Origin: Gammaproteobacteria bacterium | Lineage (GTDB): Bacteria; Pseudomonadota; Gammaproteobacteria; CBDBNL01; JAAOII01 | Reading direction: 5' to 3' | NCBI GenBank assembly: GCA_965209035.1 | Contig: OZ242372.1 | Location: 288,001-352,000, forward strand | DNA: 64,000 bases | In this document: positions 23,159-33,042 of the stretch, in pieces | Numbering within the stretch: position 1 is the stretch's first letter | How the letters are laid out: the number at the start of each line of letters is the position of its first letter | Made by a program: the position numbers and the translations under genes | The notes under the pieces: model-generated | Seen by the model: the letters and a program-made list of their open reading frames with translations, nothing else | Told to the model about the DNA's origin: nothing | Databases searched by the model: none

Positions 23159-23783
23159 TTAATTTTCTAATGTGTCTCTTTCTTTCAAATAATTAATGGC
23201 ATTCATGAGATAGTTCTTGCCATTCTTAAATCTGCCCAAACCCGTATTACAACTATCACAAATAAAATCTCTGATGTTGCCTGTGTGATGATCGTGGTCC
23301 GCAACTACCTTGGTCGTAATCCCAACAATGGAACGCTTTTGACAAATGGGGCACTTAAAGTAATCTCCTTTTTGAGGGCGGCTTTTTTCCATACGCTTTG
23401 CCTGTATGCTCTTAGGGGATCTCTTGTCTATATCGGTTCGACAACTAATACAACCGGGACGACGTATGGAGCCATGTTTATTTGTTTGGTTTATTTGTTT
23501 GGTTAAGGCTAAACTTGATTGTCGGTCTTAGCCTATGACAAATGTTACAAATCTTTTGTTGATGTCTGTCGCCTGTTTTGTGCACATCCAAATCGGTGAT
23601 TTCATTCTTCGCGACAGTCCAAGTTTCGTTTCTGCCAATTAACCAAACAATCGCCATCCCGCCCTCAATCTTTTTTAGTAACCCCACCGAGTTGGCGGGA
23701 AAGTGTGTGCTGTGTTTTGAAGGCGTACCATCTTCATGTAAATGACCCTTCCCCTTGAGACAAACAACCCATTTAGACAGCAT
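23159..23783 (-). pseudogene. Hpy99I-family (beta-beta-alpha-Me, Zn-binding) type II restriction endonuclease, frameshifted by a 13-bp duplication
   Basis: Two ORF halves: PANSVG...KICNICH...NQT and CPICQKRSIVG..DHDH.TG..RDFICDSCNTGLGRFK; removing one tttatttgtttgg copy (23477-23502) gives a continuous 203-aa frame. Confidence 0.88.
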
Positions 23784-24679
23784 CTTTTATTAAGTCCAAT
23801 CGTTTTTTTGCTATATCAATATACTCATGTGAAACATCCACACCTATATACTTGCGCCGATTAATGGCCGCCATTTTACAGGTCGTTCCCGAGCCACACA
23901 TAGGATCGAATACCAGGTCGCCATCATTTGTCCAAGATAATATATGCTCTTCGGCCAGTTTTTCGGGAAATACGGCGGGGTGATTAAATGCGATCTTGTC
24001 CGATCTTGTCCGATATTGCCCCGCCCATACCAACCGCATAGGACCATATATTTGTTCTAGTTTTTTCTTTTTTTAATTCTCTTAGAATTTTTTTATTCAC
24101 CCCGTCGGACTTTTTGTTGTGAACAACCATTTCAAGCCCGTGCCTGACTGTTTTTTCTTTTAGCGGGTTAAATATTTTTGGTTTTCCTTTGCTCAAAACA
24201 AACATAAACTCGTAACAATTTGTATAAGCATTACTGCGCATAAACGGAGTATTCTTCTTTTGGTAAATCATCACATCATGTGCGCTAAATCCGATATCTC
24301 GAAAGTAAATTCCTTGCTCAAAACTGGTGAGAGTTCGCCCTCCGTTAATTCTATCGCCGACAACCCAAACGACAATACCTCCCTTTTTGGTAACTCTGTA
24401 TAGTTCCCGGGCAATCAATCTAAAATCAAAATCGTAACCCTTGTAATCTCGTAAATTGTCATAAGGCGGAGAAGTAATTGTCAGATCCACACTATTTTCT
24501 GCCATATCTCGCATAAACTCAACACAATCACTAACATGAAGTCCGCACTTTCGATCATTTGTGATTCGGTTGGATGACGAAACGGCGGAGCTTGCGGAAG
24601 TTGTTTCCATGTCCGGGGCATCCGGCGCGAATAAATCCGAACTGCTCATTTCACCGCGATCACACTTCTTACATTCCAA
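23773..24679 (-). pseudogene. N4-C/N6-A DNA methyltransferase (beta class), frameshifted by a 10-bp duplication
   Basis: DLTITSPPY motif IV before HPAVFP and DPMCGSGTT motif I; removing one cgatcttgtc copy (23991-24010) restores the frame; start codon uncertain. Confidence 0.9.
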
Positions 24680-24712
24680 AAAGATTGCCCAAAACGGATG
24701 CCCGCGCCTTGC

Positions 24713-27238
24713 TTACTCGGCACGCAGGACGATGTTGTGCTGCTGCGCCAATTGTTTTAGAAGTTTATCCGCTTGTTTTCCGGTATAGTCGTCCGTCAGG
24801 GTTTCTGTCGGCGACTGCCAGCCCAACCGAATACTCATGCTTTTTTTGTTCTCGCCTAACTTGGGCGAGGTATAAACATCCAACAGTTCCACAGATTGTA
24901 ATTGCCGGTCCGCAAGTTTTTGGATATAACCTTTTAATTGGTAATAGTTAATCTCTTTATCCATCACCAAAGACAATTCAAACTGTGCGATCGGATAACG
25001 CGAAAAAGGGGCGTAATTGCCGGTGCTACCGGCATTGCCGGCAGTCATTTTCTCGCCATGCAAAATATCAATCGTAAACTCAAACACATAAATACTTGCC
25101 TTACCAAGTTTGTGTTTTTCACGCAAGGACGGATGCAACTGCCCGGCATAACCGACAGGCATACCATCTCCCGGCCGCGTCAACGATAAGAAACAACCGG
25201 GATGAACACAGGAGGGAGGAGGAGTATCATAAGAAAAGTTGGCATCCGCACCGCAAGAACGGAGCAGTGCCTGCATATCACTTTTAAGTGTCCAAAAATC
25301 ACAGGGTTTATCACCAAAGGGTCTGCCTTCCGGCACATCCAAAATCGCCCCGCCGATGCGTGTCTCTTGCAGAAGATTGTCGGAAGGATTCTTGCCGGGA
25401 ACAAAGCACATACCAATCTCAAAAATGCGACGGGAAACCGGCCGCTGTCGGTAATTGTAAAACAGACAACGCAAAAGACCGGGAAGAAGATCCGAGCGCA
25501 TCATAGACATGGCTTGAGAAATCGGGTTTGCTATTTCCAAGGGCTGCTCTGAAGACGGAGACCGGGCGATATCCTCCGCACCGATAAAACTATAATTAAC
25601 CGTCTCGCGATACCCCCTTCCCGCAAGAACACTCCTTGCCCGATCTTCGGCAAGAAACGGAGAAACGGGAAAATTCTCGGAAAACGCTACCTTAGGAATA
25701 TGTGCGGGAATCTTGTCATAACCATAAACACGCGCCAGCTCTTCGGCCAAGGATTCCCAACAGTCCAGGTCAAACCTGTGCGATGGGGGCGTAACCCCCA
25801 ATGTGCGAGATATTGCCGACTCCTTGCTAACTTCCTTTTGCTTTGCCGCGGCCGTCTTATTGCCCCGCACTTCCTCTCGGGCAACCTTCACTTGCATCCC
25901 CAACTTCTCAAGAATTTCAATGATGTTAGTTTCCGACAGAGCATCCTCGGTCACGCAGGATGCCGAAGCCAACCCAAGAAATATGTTCAGTCGTTCGCTA
26001 TTAATCCGTATGCTCTCGCGGCGCGGCAGGTTCTCCCGGCTCAGGGTACCGACAATCGGCCCCGCCTTCCCGTTTCCATACTCCGCCAGCAAGGCAACCG
26101 CACGAGACATCGCATTTTCGGTGTTTCCATAGTCCACCCCCCGTTCAAACCTGTGTGCCGCATCCGTTTGCAAGCCGTATTTTGCCTGCTTGCCAAAAAT
26201 AATCTCCGGTGTAAAAAACGCCCCTTCCAAAAAAATGTCTTTGGTATTCTCGCCAATTGCCGTGTCTCTGCCGCCAATCACACCCGCCAATGCCACGGGG
26301 CCCGTATGATCCGCTATCACCAGGTCTTCGGCATCCGGCAGAATGACCTCTCCGGTCAGAAGTTTTAGTTTTTGTTTGCCGTCTCCTCGCCGCACCCGAA
26401 TGCCTTCTTTAATAGTGCGCAAATCAAACGCATGTAACGGCTGCCCCAACTCCAACATCACATAGTTTGTGACATCCACCGCCAGGTCCAAAGGACGCAA
26501 GCCCGCGGCAAGAAGTCTGCGTTTCATCCACTCGGGAGTCGGCATGCCGAGGTCAATCTCTTTAATGACACAACCATAATACGCCGGACATTCTTTCGGC
26601 GACAACAACTCTACCGGCACAGATTCCCGGTGCTGCGGCATCAAAAGAGTTTCTTTCCCGCCCGTTTCGGTCGGAAGCCGAAGTGCCGCATTGCAAAGAA
26701 CCGAAACTTCACGGGCAATACCGCGCAAACAGAAACAATCGCCGCGATTGGGCGTAACAGCCAACTCCATCACCTTGTCGTCGGACCCCAAATAATCCGC
26801 AAGTACTTTGCCCACAGGAGCATCGGCGGGCAATTCCATAATCCCCGCAGCGTCCTCGCCGATTTGCAACTCTTTTTCCGAACAAAGCATTCCCTCGGAT
26901 TTGACACCGCGCAGTTTGGCAACCTTAATGGCGGTTCCGTTTGGCAATCTCGTCCCGACTTTGGCAAAAGCACTTTTAAGATTCTTACGCGCATTCTCCG
27001 CACCGCATACAACCGAATAGGACTCCTTTCCGTCTGTGACCTCGCAAATCCGCAACCTGTCCGCTTGCGGATGCGGGCTGACATTCACGAGGGTTGCCAC
27101 CACTATATCCTTGGATAACACAGCCGGAATATGGATTTCCTCTAATTCTAACCCCGCACCCGTAAGAATTTCCGCTATCTCCTCCAAAGGCAATGGCGGA
27201 TCCGTCCATTCGCGCAACCAGGATTCGCTTATCCGCAT
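24713..27238 (-). CDS. pheT: Phenylalanine-tRNA ligase beta subunit
   Basis: MRISESWLREW, HPQADRL, VVCGA.N, SEGMLCS, TPNRGDC, RFERGVD. Confidence 0.96.
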   Translation of the reverse strand: MRISESWLREWTDPPLPLEEIAEILTGAGLELEEIHIPAVLSKDIVVATLVNVSPHPQADRLRICEVTDGKESYSVVCGAENARKNLKSAFAKVGTRLPNGTAIKVAKLRGVKSEGMLCSEKELQIGEDAAGIMELPADAPVGKVLADYLGSDDKVMELAVTPNRGDCFCLRGIAREVSVLCNAALRLPTETGGKETLLMPQHRESVPVELLSPKECPAYYGCVIKEIDLGMPTPEWMKRRLLAAGLRPLDLAVDVTNYVMLELGQPLHAFDLRTIKEGIRVRRGDGKQKLKLLTGEVILPDAEDLVIADHTGPVALAGVIGGRDTAIGENTKDIFLEGAFFTPEIIFGKQAKYGLQTDAAHRFERGVDYGNTENAMSRAVALLAEYGNGKAGPIVGTLSRENLPRRESIRINSERLNIFLGLASASCVTEDALSETNIIEILEKLGMQVKVAREEVRGNKTAAAKQKEVSKESAISRTLGVTPPSHRFDLDCWESLAEELARVYGYDKIPAHIPKVAFSENFPVSPFLAEDRARSVLAGRGYRETVNYSFIGAEDIARSPSSEQPLEIANPISQAMSMMRSDLLPGLLRCLFYNYRQRPVSRRIFEIGMCFVPGKNPSDNLLQETRIGGAILDVPEGRPFGDKPCDFWTLKSDMQALLRSCGADANFSYDTPPPSCVHPGCFLSLTRPGDGMPVGYAGQLHPSLREKHKLGKASIYVFEFTIDILHGEKMTAGNAGSTGNYAPFSRYPIAQFELSLVMDKEINYYQLKGYIQKLADRQLQSVELLDVYTSPKLGENKKSMSIRLGWQSPTETLTDDYTGKQADKLLKQLAQQHNIVLRAE

Positions 27239-27242
27239 CGGG

Positions 27243-28283
27243 TTATACGAAAAAATTGAGGAAGCGCATATCGTTTTCGTAGAATAAACGAATGTCGTTT
27301 ATCCCCAGGGACAACATCGCCATACGCTCCACGCCCAAGCCAAAGGCAAATCCGCTGTAAATGTTTGGGTCCAGACCGCCCGCCTTCAAAACATTCGGAT
27401 GCACCATACCGCAACCGAGTATTTCCAGCCATTGATCCTTGGCGGAAACTGCGGCTCTTTTATTGTCGGTTCCGAGGGCAACGCTCTCACGCAGAATGTC
27501 CACCTCGGCGGAGGGTTCCGTGAAAGGAAAATACGAAGCACGAAATCTAAGGCGCGCCTTGTGCCCAAAAAATACATTAACAAACATCTGCAGGGTCCCT
27601 TTAAGATCGGCGAAACTGATCCCTTTGTCTATGACCATCCCTTCCACTTGATGAAACATTGGCGAATGGGTGGCGTCATAGTCACATCTGTATGTCTTGC
27701 CCGGGCAGATGATCCGAAACGGCGGTTTACGCGTTTCCATCGCACGAATTTGACCCGGCGAAGTATGTGTCCGCAAAAGTTGTTTGTCGGCAAAATAAAA
27801 AGTGTCGTGCAGAGTTCTTGCCGGATGCATCGGGGGAAAATTCAAGGCTTCAAAGTTGTAGTAATCGCTTTCTATTTCCGGCCCTACGATCGTCTCATAG
27901 CCCGCACGGGTAAAGATTGCCTCTATCCGGGCGCGCACCCGGCTGATTGGATGCCAGCCACCGCCGGTATTTTCTTCCGCAGGCAAGGAAGTATCAATGG
28001 CTTCGGAACGCAGCCGCTCCGCCAAAGCATTCTCTCTGAACCATTCTTGTTTTTCGTCCAATGCGGTGCGCACGGATTGCACCGTCTCATTTAAAAGACG
28101 ACCCCGATGCGCGCGCTCATCCGCGGGCAGTTTGGATAACTCCTTTAATTGCAGGGTGAGTTTGCCTTTCTTTCCCAAAAGAGAAAGGCGTAACTTGCTA
28201 ATATCTTCTTCGCACCGACAAGCATCCAAGACACGATGCGCCTCCTCGGCCAGGGTGTTCAGTGTGTCAATAAAACGCACCAC
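27243..28283 (-). CDS. pheS: Phenylalanine-tRNA ligase alpha subunit
   Basis: NFEALNFP..HPAR, LLRTHTSP.QIR, THSPMFHQVEG, YFPFTEPSAEVD, GFAFGLGVER. Confidence 0.97.
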   Translation of the reverse strand: MVRFIDTLNTLAEEAHRVLDACRCEEDISKLRLSLLGKKGKLTLQLKELSKLPADERAHRGRLLNETVQSVRTALDEKQEWFRENALAERLRSEAIDTSLPAEENTGGGWHPISRVRARIEAIFTRAGYETIVGPEIESDYYNFEALNFPPMHPARTLHDTFYFADKQLLRTHTSPGQIRAMETRKPPFRIICPGKTYRCDYDATHSPMFHQVEGMVIDKGISFADLKGTLQMFVNVFFGHKARLRFRASYFPFTEPSAEVDILRESVALGTDNKRAAVSAKDQWLEILGCGMVHPNVLKAGGLDPNIYSGFAFGLGVERMAMLSLGINDIRLFYENDMRFLNFFV

Positions 28284-28295
28284 TCGGGATGCTCG

Positions 28296-28649
28296 TCAGA
28301 GGTTAACTTTAATTTTGTCGACAAGTAAGGTAAATTCTTGCTCGTGATGCATTGCCATATCCGCAAGAACTTTTGTGTCAAGTTCAATAGAAGACTTTTT
28401 TAAACCGAACATCAGGCGGCTATAACTCAATCCGTTCCGACGGGCTGCCGCATTGATACGCGTGATCCAAAGGGAGCGAAAATCTCTTTTTCTCACTTTG
28501 CGATCCCGATAAGCATATTGTGCGGCACGTATGACCGCCTGTTTTGCCGAACGAAATGTCCGACTGCGTGCGCCGTAATATCCTTTGGCTTGTTTTAGAA
28601 CCTTGGCGTGTCGGCGACGGGCTACAACGGATCTCTTTACTCTGGCCAT
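28296..28649 (-). CDS. rplT: 50S ribosomal protein L20
   Basis: [38 protein letters not shown]. Confidence 0.97.
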   Translation of the reverse strand: MARVKRSVVARRRHAKVLKQAKGYYGARSRTFRSAKQAVIRAAQYAYRDRKVRKRDFRSLWITRINAAARRNGLSYSRLMFGLKKSSIELDTKVLADMAMHHEQEFTLLVDKIKVNL

Positions 28650-28653
28650 GATA

Positions 28654-28845
28654 TCAATGAACCAGCAGTTTCTTTGCTACGCGTGCGGGCTGTGCACTTA
28701 AAAAGTTTCGGCCGCGCAGTTTGCGCTTTTGTTTCATACTTTTACCGCCAAAATTATGACCGGTAAACGCGTGACGATATTTCAAGCCGCCCGCACTTTT
28801 TTTGAAACGCTTGGCAACTCCTTTGATTGTTTTAATTTTTGGCAT
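28654..28845 (-). CDS. rpmI: 50S ribosomal protein L35
   Basis: [17 protein letters not shown]...KQKRKLR from ATG 28845; between infC and rplT. Confidence 0.94.
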   Translation of the reverse strand: MPKIKTIKGVAKRFKKSAGGLKYRHAFTGHNFGGKSMKQKRKLRGRNFLSAQPARVAKKLLVH

Positions 28846-29620
28846 TTTCTTTTTCTTTTTGTTGCTTCTTATTAATTCCCGGTGCATCCTCTTTTTTGGC
28901 ATCATCCTGAGTCGGCAGATTTTCCTTAACCGCTACCTTTGCCTCATTCGCCGCCTTCGCTTCCGGCTTGGTCTCACTCGCCGCTTTCGCTCCTAACTTG
29001 GCCTCACTCACCGCTTTCGCTTCTAATTTCGTCCCACTCACCGCTTTCGCTCCTAACTTTGTCCCACTCGCCACTTTCGTTTCCGGCTTGGGCTCACTCG
29101 CAGAACTTTGTTGTTTCTGCAAGGGTCTTAGGACAATAATCAATTGCTTTCCTTCCAACTTGCTCTCATTTTCCGGCTCACTAATAGCGGACAAATCATT
29201 GATCACTCTGTTCAGCACATTATAACCCTGCTCCTTATAAACCACTTCTCTACCCCTAAAACGGATCGTAATCTTGGTGCGATCTCCTTGTTCCAAAAAC
29301 CTTTGCAATTTTTTCAATTTCACTTTGTAATCTCCTTCTTCTGTTCCGATACGAAACTTTACTTCTTTTAAAACCATTCTCTTGTGCTTCTTTTTGGATG
29401 CCGACTGTCGTTTCTTTTTTTCAAAAACATACTTTTTGTAGTCCAACAGTTTGCATACGGGCACACGACTATCTTCTTTCACCTGCACAAGATCGACATT
29501 ATTGCGTTGCGCGTGTCGCATCGCTTCGCCAAAAGCAAGAACGCCTAACTGTCTCCCCTGCAAATCAATTAACCGAACGCGATCTGCCTCGATCTGTTCG
29601 TTTATCTTTAAATCTCGCAA
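28832..29620 (-). CDS. infC: Translation initiation factor IF-3 with repetitive C-terminal extension
   Basis: INEQI...[35 protein letters not shown]; TTG start (in-frame TAA five codons upstream). Confidence 0.94.
   Translation of the reverse strand: MRDLKINEQIEADRVRLIDLQGRQLGVLAFGEAMRHAQRNNVDLVQVKEDSRVPVCKLLDYKKYVFEKKKRQSASKKKHKRMVLKEVKFRIGTEEGDYKVKLKKLQRFLEQGDRTKITIRFRGREVVYKEQGYNVLNRVINDLSAISEPENESKLEGKQLIIVLRPLQKQQSSASEPKPETKVASGTKLGAKAVSGTKLEAKAVSEAKLGAKAASETKPEAKAANEAKVAVKENLPTQDDAKKEDAPGINKKQQKEKENAKN
28935..29105 (-). repeat. 30-bp (10-aa) degenerate tandem repeat, ~5.5 copies, in the infC tail
   Basis: [56 protein letters not shown]. Confidence 0.9.
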
Positions 29621-29692
29621 ATTAAACTCGCCTTACTCAACCGCATCTTGTTTCTTTCAATAGACTATTTGCAGATTCAATCTTATCAACTC

Positions 29693-31675
29693 TCAACCGA
29701 ATACTTCTCCTCTTCCTCGTGCTTTCGCATTTTCTTCGTTCTTTGGCATTCCGCCTTCCAATTCTTCTTTTGGTCCCTTCCGCAACATAGTCATCAGATC
29801 CGAGGTATGCATAATGCCCAAATCCGCACCATCGCGCTTCCGAACAGAAATACTGTCGGACTGCTCTTCCTTGTTACCCAAGATAATTAAATAAGGAACT
29901 TTTTTCATCGTATGTTCTCTTATTTTATACCCAATTTTTTCGTTTCGCAGATCCAATTCCGCCCGAAATCCTTGTAAACAAATAAATTCACATACTTTTC
30001 GCGCATAAGACGCCTGATCGTCAGTAATCGTCATCACCGTCAGTTGAACCGGAGCAAATTCAAACGGCAAGCTACCCGAATAGTGTTCTATCATGATGCC
30101 GATAAATCGTTCCATGGAACCCAAAACAGCCTGATGTAGCATGACCGGCGTCTTTCGCTCACCCGAAGCGGTCACATACTCGGCACCCAATCTTCCCGGC
30201 ATGGAAAAATCTACTTGTATGGTCCCACACTGCCAAACACGACCTATTTGATCCTTAAGAGAAAATTCTATCTTGGGTCCGTAAAACGCCCCTTCACCGG
30301 GTAACAGATCCCATTCATAACCGCCCGCATTGAGTGCTTCTGTTAATGCTTGCTCCGCCTTGTCCCAGATTGCATCATCTCCCACCCGATTTTCCGGGCG
30401 CGTGGAAAGCTTGAGAATCACCTTATCAAAACCCAGTCGCCGATAAAGACGCAAAATAAGATTGAGCGAACGCAAGACCTCGTCTTTCACCTGCTCTTCG
30501 GTCAAGAAAATATGGGCATCATCCTGGGTAAAGTTGCGCGCCCGCAGCATGCCGTGCAGCGTGCCGGAAGGTTCGGCACGATGGACATTGCCAAACTCGC
30601 CGTAACGCAAGGGCAAATCTTTGTAACTGTGAAGTCCCTGTTTGAAAATCTGCACATGCCCCGGACAATTCATCGGTTTGATCGCATATTCGCGCCCCTC
30701 ATTCTCCGTAGTAAACATCATATCGCGAAATTTTTCCCAGTGCCCGGATTTCTCCCACAGACTGCGTGCCATGATCTGCGGTGTCTTAATCTCATCATAG
30801 CCCGCGTCTTCCATGGTTTTACGGACAAGTTCTTCAAGCAGAAGGTACACCTTCAGACCGCGCGGATGCCAAAAAATCATTCCGGGCGCTTCCTCCTGCG
30901 AATGAAAAAAGGACAACCTCTTTCCCAACTTGCGATGATCGCGCTTTTCAGCCTCTTCCAACCGGTGCAGATACTCGTTTAATTCTTTTTGTGCAGACCA
31001 GCAGGTTCCGTAAATGCGCTGTAACATTTCGTTACGGGCATCGCCGCGCCAGTAAGCACCCGCCAACTTCATCAGTTTCAATGCTTTGGGTTTGATATGC
31101 CGTGTGTTCGGAACATGCGGCCCGCGACACATATCAACATATTCCAGATGACGATATACCTGCAAGGTCTGCTCTTCTTTTGGTATATCGTTAATTAATT
31201 TCAGTTTGTAGTTCTCCCCTCTTTCTTTGAAAATTTTGATGACTTCCGCGCGCGGCAAGACCTCTTTGACAACCTCGTAATTTTGTGCCGCCAATTCTTG
31301 CATACGCCGTTCAATTTTCTCCAGATCCGCCTCGGTCAGAGTCCGCTCCGAAGCCACATCATAGTAAAATCCGTCCTCGATGACCGGTCCGATTGCCATT
31401 TTTGTTTCCGGGTAAAGTTGCTTGATTGCATGTCCCAGCAGATGGGCGCAAGAATGACGAACAATGTCCAACCCCTTGGCATCATTAATCGTAAGAATAC
31501 GCACCTCGGCATCTTCTTCCACCCTGTCGCAAAGATCCCGTTGGCGTGCCCCCACCATTCCCGCCAGGGCGTCCCGGGCAAGCCCCTCGCCAATCCCTTC
31601 GGCTATCTCGCGCAGACTGGGCGGCTGTGCATACTCACGGGCACTGCCGTTCGGTAAACTAATTTTTATAGGCAT
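29693..31675 (-). CDS. thrS: Threonine-tRNA ligase
   Basis: TGS domain, RHSCAHL, DMCRGPHVP, RDHRKLG, KPMNCPGH, GEGAFYGPKIE. Confidence 0.97.
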   Translation of the reverse strand: MPIKISLPNGSAREYAQPPSLREIAEGIGEGLARDALAGMVGARQRDLCDRVEEDAEVRILTINDAKGLDIVRHSCAHLLGHAIKQLYPETKMAIGPVIEDGFYYDVASERTLTEADLEKIERRMQELAAQNYEVVKEVLPRAEVIKIFKERGENYKLKLINDIPKEEQTLQVYRHLEYVDMCRGPHVPNTRHIKPKALKLMKLAGAYWRGDARNEMLQRIYGTCWSAQKELNEYLHRLEEAEKRDHRKLGKRLSFFHSQEEAPGMIFWHPRGLKVYLLLEELVRKTMEDAGYDEIKTPQIMARSLWEKSGHWEKFRDMMFTTENEGREYAIKPMNCPGHVQIFKQGLHSYKDLPLRYGEFGNVHRAEPSGTLHGMLRARNFTQDDAHIFLTEEQVKDEVLRSLNLILRLYRRLGFDKVILKLSTRPENRVGDDAIWDKAEQALTEALNAGGYEWDLLPGEGAFYGPKIEFSLKDQIGRVWQCGTIQVDFSMPGRLGAEYVTASGERKTPVMLHQAVLGSMERFIGIMIEHYSGSLPFEFAPVQLTVMTITDDQASYARKVCEFICLQGFRAELDLRNEKIGYKIREHTMKKVPYLIILGNKEEQSDSISVRKRDGADLGIMHTSDLMTMLRKGPKEELEGGMPKNEENAKARGRGEVFG

Positions 31676-31699
31676 TTTTTACTCATCGTAATTAAAAAA

Positions 31700-31773
31700 T
31701 AGGCACGATTGGACTCGAACCAACGACCCCTACCATGTCAAGGTAGTGCTCTAACCAGCTGAGCTACGCGCCT
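31700..31773 (-). tRNA. tRNA-Val(GAC), CCA not encoded
   Basis: AGGCGCGTAGCTCAGCTGGTTAGAGCACTACCTT-GAC-ATGGTAGGGGTCGTTGGTTCGAGTCCAATCGTGCCTA; followed by TTT. Confidence 0.95.
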
Positions 31774-31804
31774 TCAGTTGGTATTTTATGGTAAGTGAAA
31801 TGTG

Positions 31805-32239
31805 TCAGCCTGACCAGGTACCGGTCAGAATAACCCCCAGAATCAACAGGTTCAGCCCCAATAAGAGGCCTGTCGTTAAGGTGACTTTTGCTTCCAGATG
31901 TTTGACATCTCCCTGAACCTCCAGGATGGACTTCTCCATATCCGAACGCAACGCATTGATAGATTTATCCGTATCCGAACGCAACGCAAGATTGGACCTC
32001 TCCATATCCGAGCGCAACGCAAGATTGGACCTCTCCATATCCGAGCGCAACGCAAGATTGGATTTCTCCATATCCGCACGCAACTTATTGATAGATTTAT
32101 CCAAGGTGGTAAAGTAAAAGTCATACTTTGCCGCCTCACTGGCAATGCGTTGCGCGTTTTCATCCGAAACGCCCGCAGCGCACAAGCCGTTATAAAGTCC
32201 TCTGTTTAGCATACCGCCACCATGTTCATGTTGTTTCAT
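31805..32239 (-). CDS. Coiled-coil protein with C-terminal TM anchor, paralog A (5 x 11-aa repeats; DUF1640/CCDC90-like architecture)
   Basis: Head LCAAGVSDENAQRIA, LRSDMEKSNLA-type repeats, hydrophobic C-terminus; RBS AGGAGAG. Confidence 0.75.
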   Translation of the reverse strand: MKQHEHGGGMLNRGLYNGLCAAGVSDENAQRIASEAAKYDFYFTTLDKSINKLRADMEKSNLALRSDMERSNLALRSDMERSNLALRSDTDKSINALRSDMEKSILEVQGDVKHLEAKVTLTTGLLLGLNLLILGVILTGTWSG

Positions 32240-32291
32240 AATATAGCTCTCCTTTGCTTATGATTTTTCTAAAATAATTACTAACTAGAAT

Positions 32292-32318
32292 ATTATAACA
32301 CTTTTTTTGTTATGACAA
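32292..32318 (-). promoter_or_regulatory. Putative sigma70 promoter repeated before each of the three paralogs
   Basis: TTGTCA-N15-TATAAT with extended -10 TGn and an A7 tract in the spacer; same element at 32863-32889 and, with a 16-nt spacer, 33560-33587. Confidence 0.6.
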
Positions 32319-32471
32319 TTTTTTTGTATCATCCCACCCATTCCCGGACTTTTGTTGTTTTTGCAAAAAGAGGACGCACAATGCTCAACTTAGAGTCCGG
32401 AACCTTTATGAGATCATGCTCCTACTTATTAAATAACCGGGCACTCTGTTTTTAATCTGTTATCACAATAT

Positions 32472-32810
32472 TTAGGCCAGACCAATGATACCGGTTAACA
32501 CAACCCCCAGGGTCACCAGATTCAATCCCAACAAGAGACCGGTCGTTAAGGTGACTTTTGCTTCCAGATGTTTGACATCTCCCTGAACCTCCAGGATGGA
32601 CTTCTCCATATCCGAACGCAACGCATTGATAGATTTATCCGTATCCGAACGCAACGTATTAATAGATTTATCCAAGGCGGTGAAGTAAAAGTCATACTTT
32701 GCCGCCTCACCGGCAATGCGTTGCGCGTTTTCATCCGAAACGCCCGCAGCGCACAAGCCGTTATAAAGTCCTCTGTTTAGCATACCGCCACCATGTTCAT
32801 GTTGTTTCAT
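32472..32810 (-). CDS. Coiled-coil TM-anchored protein, paralog B (2 repeats)
   Basis: 5' end matches paralog A, 3' end matches paralog C. Confidence 0.75.
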   Translation of the reverse strand: MKQHEHGGGMLNRGLYNGLCAAGVSDENAQRIAGEAAKYDFYFTALDKSINTLRSDTDKSINALRSDMEKSILEVQGDVKHLEAKVTLTTGLLLGLNLVTLGVVLTGIIGLA

Positions 32811-33042
32811 AATATAGCTCTCCTTTGCTTATGATTTTTCTAAAATAATTACTAACTAGAATATTATAACACTTTTTTTGTTATGACAATTTTTTTGTAT
32901 CATCCCACCCATTCCCGGACTTTTGTTGTTTTTGCAAAAAGAGGACGCACAATGCTCAACTTAGAGTCCGGAACCTTTATGAGATCATGCTCCTACTTAT
33001 TAAATAACCGGGCACTCTGTTTTTAATCTGTTATCACAATAT

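Larger units (their letters stand above)
32240..33042. repeat. 232-bp intergenic spacer present twice (32240-32471 and 32811-33042)
   Basis: Direct comparison: the two spacers appear identical; the gene-proximal ~80 bp recur with changes at 33508-33590. Confidence 0.92.
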
